A stretch of 64,000 nt of DNA from the NCBI RefSeq assembly GCF_000150275.1, contig NW_002060945.1, positions 7,121,607 through 7,185,606 on the forward strand. The letters run 5' to 3'. Positions 41,573 through 56,100 of the stretch are shown piece after piece (within the stretch, counting starts at the first letter, position 1; each line of letters opens with the position of its first letter). A program made the position numbers and the translations under genes. The notes below the pieces were generated by a model. It saw only the letters and a list, made by a program, of their open reading frames with translations, was not told the origin of the DNA and searched no databases. This DNA comes from Trichoplax adhaerens (lineage: Eukaryota; Animalia; Placozoa).

Positions 41573-44500
41573 ATGGCTAATTTGATCCGATTTGGACACC
41601 AATCCTGCCAGTGGTCCTCAAGCTACTCTATCAAGGTATCAATTCAAAATAGCGCAGATTGCCACTCTTTTACTCTCTATTTTGTACTGTATCTACTTGC
41701 AATGAGGATAATGTTGGTACTGTCGACATGGCTTGCAGCGACGAGGTGTGCGTGACATCTGCAATCATGTTGACGAAAGTTTTACTTTAAAGACCTAATC
41801 TTGCTATCGAGTAGAGCTATAATATATTGTATGTCATATTTTAATGGGTAGTTATGCTACGTAGACCAACGATGTTAACCAATGGATTGGATAGAAAATT
41901 AGATAGTCTAAATAATGGTGATATATCGATAATATTTGTAGATTTGGAACTTTGCAAGAACCCTTTCAACCTCAATCGCGGCTAACAATGCAACAGTTAC
42001 CATGCAACAACCCTCTGATGGGGATGAACATCAAGCCAGCGTAGAGCGAGAATCAAACGCCACTTCCCTTTCGATCCATGTACCATCAAAAGTCAATAAC
42101 CCTGTAATGATCATTGATCAAGACAATGAGTATTTTATTGCCATGGATTAACCTTTGAAAAATAATCATTCTTCGTCAATCACTAATTTAATATATAATT
42201 GCTGTACTATCTTGTCCAAGCGATCATCCAAATCATCATCATGTTGAACGGTGTATAAATCGAGCAACTAATCGTCCCTTGAATGATATAACTTTATTTA
42301 TTTTGATTTAGGTATTACATGACATAGAGCACATAGGTCAATTTTACACTGTTCGACAAGATGATATGGATGCTGTACTAGCTAAAGCATTACCAAGGCG
42401 ACTGACAAGTTTCGTAAGTACTGTACTCTGTTTTACAATAAATTTACGGATTATAATGAATAATGAATCAATTAAACTACGATATCAATGATACACAAAA
42501 AAGTCAAATTTAATAATTAATAATGATACCGGTAACGTGTATATACAGTATATTGGCTATATCCAGATTAGATCGGATCAAACATTATATTTTAAGTGGC
42601 ATAGAATTGGCAGACAGGAATTCGCCTGTCAGTCCATTAGATCATTTAAATGTAATAAATTGATAGCTAACTTTATTAGTGAGTATAATAGCATTCAGAT
42701 ATCTCTATAGTTAAGATATAAAATGTAGTCTAAATAAATTCGGATAGTATCTTAATGAAAGACATATAGAAATAGTAGCTACTTATATTAGTAAACAATC
42801 TTTATATTTACTGATAATAATTTGAAGTTAGATAGGCATTTTTTCCTGTTCTACAGATAAAATGATAACCTCTAAAAAATAGAAAATTAAAAATGTGCTT
42901 ATAGAATCAATATCATAGTTTTATGCCACTAATTGTGCTCTACCTACCTCTTAGTCAAAAGTAATTGGATCGGCTGATATCATGATAAGAGATCCGGCAA
43001 TAGATATTATAAATCAATTAAAGAAGAGATCACCCGATGAACAACCGTTAAAGTTTATTATTGGTATCCTTACTATGCGATGAAAATCATTTAGCATTGT
43101 TAAATATAACGATACGTTGGATTGTCAGTCTTATTTAATGCAATTTGAATACTTTCCTTAGCAGTACCAAATTTTTTTATTTCCATCAGGTGGTAGAGAC
43201 GGTACTGGTAAAACCGTAACATTAGCTCATGTGATTCACTACTGTTATCGATCTAATTGGTTTATTTTACACGTTCCAAGTGGTTAGTACGTTCAACTCT
43301 TCTACCTTATACAATTACCATTTAATATAACATTTGCTAATCTTAAATATTGAAACAATATTATATATGCATATGTGTATGTACTTTAAGCTACATAACA
43401 TTCGGAAATACAATGTTTGGCCAGCGATTCGTGCATATAATTACTAGATTTCAATAATCAACAATCTCTAAATAAACATCTTCAACAGAATGAATAGATA
43501 CTAGTATTAAATATGGAAAATTAAACTTCAAATATTCTCTCACTCTAAGTATCATTGAAGTTATTTTGGATAATTTTTCTTTGCAATCAGCAAGGATGCT
43601 ATACATCGTAATAGTACCGTACGATTTTAGACTACTTCATATCTGAATGTATTTAAAGAAGTTTATTTTTTAAGTCCAATCTGTCAGATATTATTATTTG
43701 CTGTTACGCCATCTAATAGATTTTTCTTATATTAAAAGTCTAATTATATCCTACAAGCAAAGGCTTGCATTAATTAGCCATGACTTAGAACGAGATAAAT
43801 TTTAACCTTTTACACATGTAATACTCAATATGTAGCTACTTTTTACAATTTAATATTTTTTAAAGATATAAATTCATTCTCTTGTTAACCGTAGTATATA
43901 AGTGGATCAGTCCGAATTGCGAAGTTAAACGATCACATCGCAGAAAAAAATTTTGGGACCAGATAGACCATGCTTGTGAATGGCTAAAACTATGTAAATC
44001 AATCAATAAACATCTAATTGGAAATGTAAGTACTGTAGTAATCTTATAATTCACTGATCTGTGTTATGATTGGGAATAAAGTAGAGATGATTTTAAAGGA
44101 TATACTCGTATATAACGAAATTCGTAATTTTAAGTTAGAATTCCATTGTACCTGCAATACTGTTATAGAGTCTTATTACTGCTATTTGCTCTAGATGTTT
44201 ATAAAGGAGACATTTCATTATGGTCGAGGTGACAAATTCGTGAAAGGCGATAGTCTAGCTAAAGTAATTGAACAAGTAAGCGACAGGATAGTACGTGTAA
44301 TATTGGTACAGTTATTTAACAGACGATTTCATGCTTGGGTTTATTCGTTGCTGTTTAGGGCCTGTTAAAATCGGAGTTTTCTGTGGACGTAGTGGAATGT
44401 ATTTTACAGGAACTTGCAACCCAAAATGAGTAAGAGTAGATACAATGTAATAAGTAACTATACGCCTATATGTAACCCTCAATTTTAGAATATATTATGT

Positions 44501-45783
44501 AAAAATCTTTTTTGTGATAGTGGTCTCGTTTGAAAGGCGTATACAACATAATTTAGTATTAAAGGACAGTATCCACCCCGGTTATTTAAATCGAACTTTA
44601 GAGTTTACTGGTTTATACTTCTTTAAAATTATAATAAATCTTAATTGCTAGAAATACTAGTATCTAGTTAGCTTCATATTCATATTTATTCAGTGTTTTA
44701 ATTGTTAATAAATTTCTTCGACATTAGAAAATATTCGCCATTATTTTTGAGATAAACATCAGAAAGTTGACAGTTAAATTTAAATGCAGTAATGGGGAGT
44801 AATTTTTACATCGCAGCTGTATTTTTTAAATAACTTTGCTATGACAGTACTTTATAATTCAGTTATTGTTTGGATAGAATCCCAGTGTTGTATGCTGTTG
44901 ATGAATACAATGCCTTTTTCGGAAAAAGTGCGGTCCAAGACTGGGATAAAAAAAATGTAATTATTACTGTTAATACGAGCATTACTTTTATTCAAAAATA
45001 ATATTGGGTAATACGTGTAAAATGCTATTTTTTAATCAAAGATTGATCCAGTCTATCTATCTCTGATAGCGAATTTTACGCGTGTTTTGGAGCCCAAAAG
45101 TAGATTGGTAATCTTTTACATTCTAATTTTTAAACATCCTAAATTTTATATAATTTCACTGTATGATAGTATTTATTATATCTATGAAATTGTCCCTTAA
45201 ACATTTAATAAAATAATATCAATCACGCTGTTTTAATTTCTTGTTGTTACTAAAATGATCTTAGTTATTTTAAAATTGATTGTTTTTTATTTATAGCGCA
45301 ATGGAGCATATGTCATGGCGATTTCACGTACTGGTGCACCAAGAACACATTGCTATACTGCTAAGCAATTATTACCCGGCGTAGTAAGAAAATACTCAAT
45401 TAAATACATTAAGTAGTGATTATACGTATTATGCGACATTAAAATCTATGTAGAGCCTGCACAGAAGCAATTAATTGATGGGTTTCTCTTTTGATAGGGT
45501 ATGAAACGTAGTGAGCCGTATAGCCCCAAGGTTGTATCCAATCTTACTAAGGAAGAAGTCAAAACATTTATTCATTATTATAAAATGAAGTCTTGGCTAA
45601 ACTGTAAGTTAATTTATAAAGTAATTATCCTATACATTATACAGTATTATCTTTCACCAAATATCTATTAATAGTTTTCGACTTTGTGTATTATTAGATG
45701 AAAATGATACCGAAATTAACGAGATTCATGACTTAACTTCAGGAAATCCATTATTGCTGAGTAAAATTAGTGCTTGGAACTGA
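41573..45783 (+). CDS. DAP3: Mitochondrial small ribosomal protein mS29 (DAP3/MRPS29), ~13 short exons, missed by the ORF track
   Basis: Spliced translation NNP-VLHDIEHIGQFYTV...LPRRL, IMIRDPAIDII, Walker A GRDGTGKTVTLAHVIHYC...WFILHVPS, FWDQIDHACEWLK, KGDSLAKVIEQG, VLYAVDEYNAFFG, NGAYVMAISRTG, LTSGNPLLL..*; collinear with DAP3. Confidence 0.92.
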
Positions 45784-47151
45784 GTTCTATGCATAAACTA
45801 CATGCAAGTAAAATTTGTTATCGATTTTCTGTTATATCACTTGTACAAGCAAATAATTCTTAATAGATTATATCAGATAACTTTAAATATTATTTTAGTA
45901 ACAGCTGCATATTATTTATAATTATAGGTCGTAAGACGTTATGTATTGATTTTCACATTTCAAAATAACGACGACGTCTTTTTCCTACAATTAAATAAAT
46001 AACTCTTTAAAAGGCGTTGAGCGTCCTGTTTGGCCCTAATCTCTTTGCATATTATTTCTAAAAGTGCTAATAGTGATCAAATTGCCTTTATTGATATCCT
46101 TCGACGTGAATATAATAATTTTACGTATGCCTTTACAAATTATTTATAATTAAAGGTGCACAGACGCACGGAGATACTAAGCTCAACATTCCGTGGAGTT
46201 AGGTTGTGTTGTTGGTTTACAACGACCACTCTCGGAACATCGGCTTAAAATTCGTATATATGCAGAACATGATATCATAAATTAGCCACGTAAAGATATT
46301 CTAGTACATCATGTTACCACATAACTACGATTTTGTAATGCCGATATCGACTGAATCACAGAAAGCAAGGGCAGTAAGTACACATTTACGAAGACATCAC
46401 ATAAATTTATTTATTAACCAATAGTAGACAGCTTAGTCGGTCTCGTTCTATTTTCTGCTTAGAATCTCTAATACAGGAAGAAAGGTCTTTTTAAAAGTAG
46501 AAATGCTCTGCAACGATTTCACGCATATGTGATGAGGTTTTAATTCCATTGCCAAATCTTGACTATCTATTAGTCATACTCTATCATAGAATTAATACTG
46601 TAAAAATTCTTTTAGTTTTGTCAAATAGTAGCTCTGACTTACAGATTTTTAAATACTCCATCTAGTTATTAGTCGATGAGCATTCTCGGCAAGATATATA
46701 TTCGCAACAATAGCTAACTACGGAAATCAAGACAACTCATAATATTATCAGCTATATTAACCACGCTACGGCTCAATCATCGATGAAATACTGAGCTATC
46801 GATAAGTATAAATACCGTATAGCTACATCCCAATGGATGTACATTGTACATGTCTAGTTGGTTATATGAAATCATCTGAAGAAAGCCTTTGTAATTGGAA
46901 TGAAAACCGCTTATTATAAGCTTACATTGTTGATGACATCGAAACGGTTAAAGTTATATGTTTCGATCATTTCTAACAAATACACAGAATTAATTTGCAT
47001 AAAAAATATTTTAAACGAATCTAATCTTAATCCATTTTATTATCAGAAAAGTAAAGCGTGCTGTTAACTTTTTCAGAATTAAAACTATAACGTTTAAAAA
47101 CTAGATCGTGTAATGTATAAGTTCATATTTTATAGAGGATAGGCGATTCAC

Positions 47152-50100
47152 TTACGTAAACATTTTTGGGCTAGATGAAGTTTTATACAACTGCGAATTT
47201 CTCAACGGGTTGTCAGTAATAGCGATGCATGGTAAAGATTTACTTATTTTAGCATCGCTCACATCGTTTAGCGTATAGTGTTCTTCCATTATTCCATGGG
47301 GTGATGTAACGTTCTTAGGACAAGTATGACTTCCGTCTTGGCTGTTTAAAATCGATGAATCTGATATTAGATTTCTTGAGCAATATTCGCCATAGTAATC
47401 ATTCGCCTCAGATCTCTGATCGTGAAGGCAGCGGCCATTCCTATCTAATAGTGATAAATTTACATCATGATCTACTTGTGTTCTTTCTACATCGTAAGCT
47501 TCTGTAATTTCTTCTCCCAATGTAATAACTTTAACACGTTCCGTATTTCTTCCATTTTTTTTAACAGCAGCTTGTGCACATTCTTCGGAATGATAGTAAG
47601 ATACATCTTGGAATGTGTCTGGTAAATCAGGAAGTAGTAAGTCAATAATTGTTCGAAATTTTGGTCTCATTTTGGCTTGAAATTGGGTACATTTAGCCAA
47701 AAGGTGGTACCTAATGGAAGTATACAGTATTTCAATACATCATAGACTTCATTAATTTAGAAATCATTTCATCATAATAATATCCTAGTTTAGTAGAGAT
47801 AGCTTTATAATACAGAATAAATGGTGAGTAAGATGGATGTATTTAATAAGTAACTCAAATCTTTTGACTATAATTTCTTTGCGCTTAGAGGCACATACAA
47901 TTTATCAGAACAGAACGGAGGTCTCTCTGGGCATCCTCCATCGAGAACATATTTAACAACATCTTCGTTCGATTTTCCCGGATAAGGTTGTTCAGCTAAG
48001 GTAGTAATTTCCCATAAAGTAATACCGTATGACCTATATTTACGTTAAAACGAAAAGAAATCAAAGTTCATAATAACACTTGGAAGTAACCTATATGGTG
48101 CTCTATTTCAAAAGAATTTATAATCACTGAGATTAATTCTACCCACGAAATGAATCATCATAAAGATTAATTTTTTCATATGTACAGTTCTATTTCGTCT
48201 TATCAATGTAGCAACAAATATTTAACTAGTCATGTTATATATTACATGATAATAAGGATACGAATTGTATTATTATATCTATCAAATCACATATTGGTTA
48301 AGCGGGTAACATAATGGGCACATTACCTATATGGTTGCTATAATTTAACTTACCATACGTCGGAAGCTGATGTAAATATACTGTCTCTTATAGATTCAGG
48401 AGGCATCCAACGCACAGGAAGCGGCCCTAAGCGCAAATATTAATGTACAACTATTAAAAATATTTTACTATTAATTCTTACATTTTCTACTAAAACGCAA
48501 TAGTCGTGGTTAATATCATACTCTAACTGATATTATTCCTATTTATTACCTTTTTCATTCTTATGATAGTAATCGCTGGTGTAAATATCGCGAGTTAAGC
48601 CAAAATCTTTAAAAGCCCAAAATTAGAAATATAACCTAAAATAGATATATATTCTATCACACACTTTCAATTATTCTAATCATTTACCTCCAATCTTCAC
48701 TACAAGATTTCCATTAACTAAGCAATTTCGAGTGGCAAGATCCCTAGTATTTACATAATTTCATCGATGTAAAATATTTTGATGAAGAGACCTAATACTG
48801 TACTTAAGTTATCCTATTGCATATATGTGAAAAGGCGTTATTTCTACGTGACAATATACGTAATTATACCGTTTGGTGTATAGGATGATTTGTTGGTGAC
48901 ATTTTAGTAACTGACCTATGCAAAAACTTTCTATCCTCCAAGTACAACATTCCATCAGCTATTTCAGCAGCCATTTTATGAAATTGGATGTCAGTAGGTC
49001 GGTTTGGATTGGGCCTCGTATACTAAGGTTGGATTTTATAATACAAAATAACTATTGCTATTCCCGTATATCATCACTGTTTCTGAAATTAAATTGTCAT
49101 TTACGATTTTTAATCTACTTACATAATCTGCATTGTCAGCATCTTCACGAATCGATCGTAAATAGTTCTTTAGGTCACCACGAATCATAAACTCCATGAT
49201 GACTAAAGGTGGAATTCCTTTTGAAACGATACCCAGTAATCTAACAATATGGTTGCACTCGAGTTCTCTATTAAACAGAGAGCACAATAACTGTCCTTAA
49301 TGCAATTTTATAGTCTTATATTTTCCTACCAAAGTCAATAATTTGATTTCGTAGAATAATACGGCAATAGGTGGGAAAATATTGTAATAAAAATCAAGAT
49401 TCGATAATTGCCGTTATCATTATGATATTATACGCGTATATTTTCATATCAAAATCATTAGTTTAATTTTTACAGCCTTGTCCAGTATAAGTAATATAGA
49501 AATACAGTAATTATTTATTAATATTTATCAACAAATATAATTTAAATTTTACGTCATAATGCAGGCCTCATTCAAAAATTCTTGACGCTGTAGGAAGGTA
49601 GCCTTTTCGTTTACTGTCTATTTTACGATATAATACCAAACATCATCATCCAATTTTTATTATCGTTCTCTACTTAGTATTCTTTTATAACTGCAAATAT
49701 GCTTTTAACTCCTGTACCTTGACGGCTACTTTAGTTTTCGATTCGCCATGAATAATACCATGAGCTTCACCAAGATAAACCATACCGAATGCGCCTTTGC
49801 CTAGTTCCTTCAATAAGCTCACCTTATCACGTTCAAATTCCCAGATAGCAGGAATACATGTTACTATTGATACAGTATATTAAAAAAGTTCCTTTAATAC
49901 AAATTACGTATTTTAGTAAATTTCTTGCTTTCCTTAAATATTGGATTAGATATAAACTCTTTAAAATTCAATAAACTCACTCGTATTTGATTTAAAGTGT
50001 TATATTATTTTATATTTACGATAAAATCTTACTATCTTCTTCGTTCATGTAGTTAGGATTATTCGATTCTATGAACTCCTTCGATTTTCTTTTAATTCTT

Positions 50101-53100
50101 AACAATAAGTAACTCTATTAATAATTAATAATGTAAATTATCTTATATAGAGATAACGAATATCTATTACCTTCTTGTATACCATACTGCTCCGCAGGCG
50201 ACGATGATAGTGAAAATAACAGTACTAATAACAACGCTTATAGTAACAACTTGATTTTGATCTTAAATAGAAGAATTAATGTACAATAGTACGATAAGTA
50301 TCAGTTTAACTCGTTATTAGATATGTTATCGTAGTCTATATAATTTTGATATTCATGTGTAACGTATAGTTATAATACTGTATAAGGGTATTTAAGCATA
50401 CGCTAGAGCTTTATACAAATGTGAAGTAATTAATATTTCGTTAGGTTAAAATTGTTAGTAGATATATATTTAATATATATGTGATCAGTGTAATTACCGC
50501 CTAGTTTAGCTAGTTCTATTGATATATTTCCTGCCCATGTACCATTACCAGCTAACGATGTCACCCTGACGTCTATAATATAATAACCGCTTCTGCCTAA
50601 TTTGATGCTGTAACCATTTGTTTCGTTATACTCAGAGGCAGGTATACATCTTGATTCCAACTAATAGAATTATTTAACAAACCATTCGTGTGAGAAGTCT
50701 TTTATAGTTTTAAAAATTTAACAAGTAACGATATATTGTAAAATACGTATATATTACGAAGATAAAGTATATATAAGATGATAGAATTGGTACCTGATCG
50801 TGCTTAGTACCAGCCATGTAACGGGATTTATCGTCGAAACGATAAATTCTGATCTCGTACGCTAAAATATGACCACCATTAGGATTGATTGGTGGACTCC
50901 ACAACATTATAACTTCGTAACTTTCAGCGATTTTTCTGAATGATATATTTTTTATATCATCTCTTGTAACTAATTTATCATTAACGATAATTCATTATCA
51001 GAATTATTAGTTACAATCATATAGTAACTACATAGTTCTGTAGCATACAAATTCAAAAATAGTTATTTCAGATCAAACACTATATCAATATACAAGACAA
51101 TACCTTCTGGTAGAGTTCTAACGTTATACAGATCTGTAGAAGAATCTTGTCCAGCTATAGGACATTTACTGTTACATGGAATAATCTATAATGAAGAGAA
51201 TAGAATAATATAATACACTGATATATACATCGAGTACACGAGATGATTTATTTTATCGTTACTTGATGTTATTATAATGTAGTTACTGTAGATATACAAG
51301 TAATTAAGAATTATATCGATAGCTAGTAAAAGAATGGTATACAATACTTACTGTTATTAAATATTTAGTAAACGGATCGAGATTGTGTAATATTATGTAT
51401 GTATTACGAATATGTTTTTCTATTACTGGAAGCGGGGACGGAGTCGATGTCGATAGTAATGGGGTAGTTGCGATAGTGATACTACTTAGAGTCGAATTTC
51501 TACTAGCAACGGTAGCGTTTTCTAAAGTGATATTCGTAGGTATAATCGTAGTTGCCACAGCTGTCATTTTAATGATGGTGTTTATTAATGTAGACTCTTC
51601 GGTTGCCGATGTAGTGGCTGCTATTTTGGAATGTATGTATATAGATAGAAAAGATAGTACAGTATTTAGTGTTATATATCACTTAAGATACAAGTATATA
51701 AGAGCGAATAATACAGTAAATTATATATTATACCAGTTGTTGATATTGTTATATTTGCTGTTGATGTATTCGTAGAAACGGGCTTTTTTTTATGAAAGAT
51801 CATATTGGTAAGGTACTCGAAGAAATTTTGATCTTCCCTTCGGATATCAGTAATATCAGCTTGATTTATACTTGTGGTAGTAGTAGACAAACATGGACAG
51901 CTATTGTTTGCGCTAATTGTAGGTGTAGTCTTTATGTCGATGCCAGGATTTACGACGATATTCGAATCCACATTGCCACTATCGGTGCAAACTTTACTTG
52001 GTAATATATCTTCTGCTATTAGTTGTTCGTATATTACTTTATAAGTTATGTTAAGACCGTTAGGTGAAGATGGAGGATCCCATGAAATTCGTATTGATGA
52101 TGGAGAAAGATTAATATATTCTACATTTCGAATCGGTGTCGGCTCTATAGTCGAATTAAAATATTTTAATAATCGATATTCAGTGTTAGTTATATACTAT
52201 ACGTGTAACTGTTTACTCAAACAAGATACAAATATGAAAACGTACTAGTAGGATATTTAGTGTAATCAAATGAAATATATAGATATAAAGTAGAATATTA
52301 ATTAGCTAGTGTATTTAACTTAAATTAACGTTCTGTCACAATGAAACTTACGTAAATCTGGTACAGTGTAATATTTAATATTACTAATAGCACCGATATC
52401 GCTGATTGTTATGGTCTTAACATATACAGCATATATAGTATTCGCTTTCAAGTTCTTAATGACGACAGTATTCTTGTCAGGAGCTATAATAATTTCCTGC
52501 CAACTAATCATATCCAAATTATATAATAGATATAAATAGATATTGTTACTTTATATGTGATATTTCTAATAATATTAATTTATAACAATGTAAAGAATTG
52601 ACAGTAGAATAGTTTTTAGATTGGGTAATCGTTAATAAGACTTACACTTTAACTCCACAAGCATCAACGCCGTCATAAACTGTAAGATTAGTTGTAGTTC
52701 TGAAAATAAAATTGATTTCATATTTGTAGTTTGTAGAAATGTATAATATAGGCGTGTGTATTGGGTTGTTGTTACTTTAACTTTCGTATAAGTATTGTAC
52801 TTTGTCAGCTATTTTGTAATTTACTAATTCTAAATACTGTTCGGTGCAAGGATTGAATTTAGATTCTGTTAACTTACGTTGTTCTATAATACACAATATG
52901 ATTTACTAGCATATTAGATCCTCCAAATTGATTGGAAGCAATCGGTTCCCAAGTTACATTTAAAGTAACTCGACGTCTATAATAGTTACTGTTGCCGTTA
53001 AAAACGGTTATATTAATAGGATAAATGATACCTAAAATCATTCAAAAAATATATTCAGTTAACTAGCTTCTTTTACCCTAAGAATTCTGTATAAGTTTAT

Positions 53101-56100
53101 GAAAATACTTAAGTACTCGCTTTCTATATTTGTTAGAGTTATAACTAGTAGTAAAACAGTAAATTTATTTAATTTTATACACAGCTAGAAAACTTATTTT
53201 AGACATACATTGATTTTGATCTCCGTTAGTTTGTCTTGGTACATCTACGATAGAAGTTGTATTTTCTTGACCGATTTGTTTAGCTAATGTCATAATTTTG
53301 TTGTAGCACAGACGCGGATTGAAATGGAAGAAGAGTTTTCCTCTTTTGACTTGTAATTTATGCTGTGATCTCTCAGTCCATAGATTTTCTAAATTTCGAT
53401 TGTCAAATATAACAATCGCGTATCTATAGATGAGGTAGATTATGTTACTACATTATAAAATTCTATGAAACTTAAACATTTTATCGTATTTATTTTTTAG
53501 TATAAATAGCGAAGAAATACTTAAATAAGATTAATGTATTGTAATTACTCGTATACTGATAATTTTTGTTAATTTATATTTATATCGTATTTTGTTGTAT
53601 GATAAAATTAAATCCTTATTAACGTATAGAAATAGTAGATTACCCTTGTCCTGTTTTGTCAGCTCTTGCTAACTGTTTACCATGAATAATTTTTAATCTC
53701 TTCAAAAATTCTAAGCTGACGATCGAAGGTGTACTAGAAATATCAAGATAGCCTTCGATTTCTTCGACACTGCTAAGAGCATTTTCTAGTTCTTNNNNNN
53801 NNNNNNNNNNNNNNNNNNNNNNNNNNNNNNNNNNNNNNNNNNNNCCGTAGTCTTTAGTAACTACTTTATCAGGCGAATAGTTTGTTCCCATTAGGCTTGA
53901 CCATTTGATAGTACTATGATAACACATGTTAGCATTACTTTGGATTCGGACGTTGCCACGTTGAATTCTGGTAAGAGATGGCAATGCCATATCGAGCAAC
54001 TGCTGATCAAAGTAGAAAAGTAATGTAAGTCCATAAAAGAACTGATTGCCACGTATGACACGAAGATTTGGAAAGACAGAGCTTAATGAAACCAAATATT
54101 TTCCAGCTACTAAATTGAGCACTAAAGATCCAGTAATTTCGCGTAGTTCAGGATAAGTGGTTACATTGACATCAGCTTGCGTATGCATTCGATACATGGT
54201 AAAGAAAACTGATCCAATGTAAACTGTGCAACCTTTTAAAATAGGGGCATCTGTGAGATATTTAAGCTGTAGGCCATCGCCAGTAGGATCGTAGCAGGCT
54301 ATGTAAGAGAAAGATGATGCTAATCACTTAAAGAGTCATTGATTGTGTTAATGTTACCATGTTCCAAGAATAGAGTTTAAAAATGCAGCTATACTTTTCT
54401 ATAGGTTATTATAAACTCGTACTGTAGAGATAAATATACAACATGATGGATATTTTCCGCCGTTAGATTAGAAACAAAGATTACGGTCATCCTTAAGATT
54501 AGATAGATCTATTAGCAAAAAATACAGCAAACAGAAAGAAAGTAGGAATCCGAGCTGCGCCAGCGAAAAAGGATAGTATCCTGAGAATTATTGCGTAGAT
54601 AAATGAAATTGAATACCCTATTCCAACGGTATGTCCGACTATTAGTAGCGGCACATCTAAATAATTGTTTTTAAATCATGAACGCTATGCTACCGCTGCG
54701 CCGATAGTCGTATAAATACAGTAGAAGTAATGAACTCAATCAGGTCTTAGCTTATTATTCAGTCAGCGTAGTCATGATACAGGAAATATATATGTTATAC
54801 ACAAATAAACTTGTGAGGATATGTGCTTAATTATATACAGCAATTTCAGTTATCGGTAACTGTACAAATGCGACGATTTTAAATTTTGAATATCATGCTA
54901 CTTTTCCATTGAAAGTCGTACAGTAGACTATAAATAAAAAATTATTGTAAATATGAGTATTAATTCATTATTTAGTCAGTATGGGGAAGATGCAGTAAAG
55001 AAATAAAATTTTATAACGATACATGCCTATGTGTAGCATTTCCAGCTTTGAGTGCTTTACAGTATAATAAACGATCATAAAATTGTAGCAACCTTTTAAT
55101 TTTACGACGGAGATATAAGCGAATAATATTTTACTCGAATTGCAAGATTAGATTGATCTACCTATATATGATCAGTAGTTACTTTATGCAGCACTATTTG
55201 GTATTACTCACAGAAGTAATTCATTGCAAACAGAGCGAGGTACGCGATTAGTAGCTCAATTTCTAGATTCTTTCTGGTATATTTACCCCTCTAATTAATA
55301 CTTTATGAGATACATTTCTCACACTTTCCCTTGAGATACGCCATCGAGAGACAGTATATTGCTACATAGTGACTATCGATAGAAGTGATGTAAGTAATCA
55401 ATAAAGATTTTTAATTACATTTCTGGATAACTCCTGCAGACCAAAATAAGAATACGTGAAAATTGACAGTTTACATTCCACAAAGTAATTACTTAATTAC
55501 ACTCTAATTTCGATAAAGCTCAAGATTATCTGAGAGATAGATACATTTTCGATACAGCCTTCATTTAAACTGTGTAAACTTTGTTAGAAATGTAAATTGT
55601 AAATATTGAATCTGATCGCCAGTTAGTGAAGTGTGGAATTGTATTAATACTGTTTAGCACTGTATAGGATTGCAAAGGTCTAGTAAGTTGGGATTTGCAA
55701 TAGATTGCGTCTACCTCTTATACGTTCTATATTAATATAGAATTTTTACTATTTGCGACGAAATGCTCGAAAGATGATGTACTACGGGGTTTATTAGATA
55801 CTATTAGCTCATTTTATTGGTCATACAGTATCCCATATTTTACGTAATATTGATGCCTTGGTTACCTATCAAGAATAAGTTTGTTTGACAGTACTGGTTT
55901 TTTAAATATAACTCGAAACTATTCGTTCCATTAAACGCCTGCGTTTCATCAAACATTAAACATTTTCAGTAGATAATGTAGAGCTTTAAAAGTGCCGTTT
56001 TTGTACTCTTTTGAAGGTAAAGTTAATGAAAGTTTCACGAAAATTGTCACTTTAATTGCTTCCCGTTATTGTAGTATTAGTCTTTTAAGTATTGCTAGAA

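Noticed and set aside
51383-52248. Plus-strand ORFs antisense to receptor exons (also 4526-5010, 33687-33935 and 48918-49190)
   Set aside because: Shadow ORFs opposite real exons with no recognisable motifs
53640-54197. Apparent receptor lacking the Cys-rich domain (L1 fused to L2)
   Set aside because: The junction is a 50-N placeholder gap, so the domain is unsequenced rather than absent
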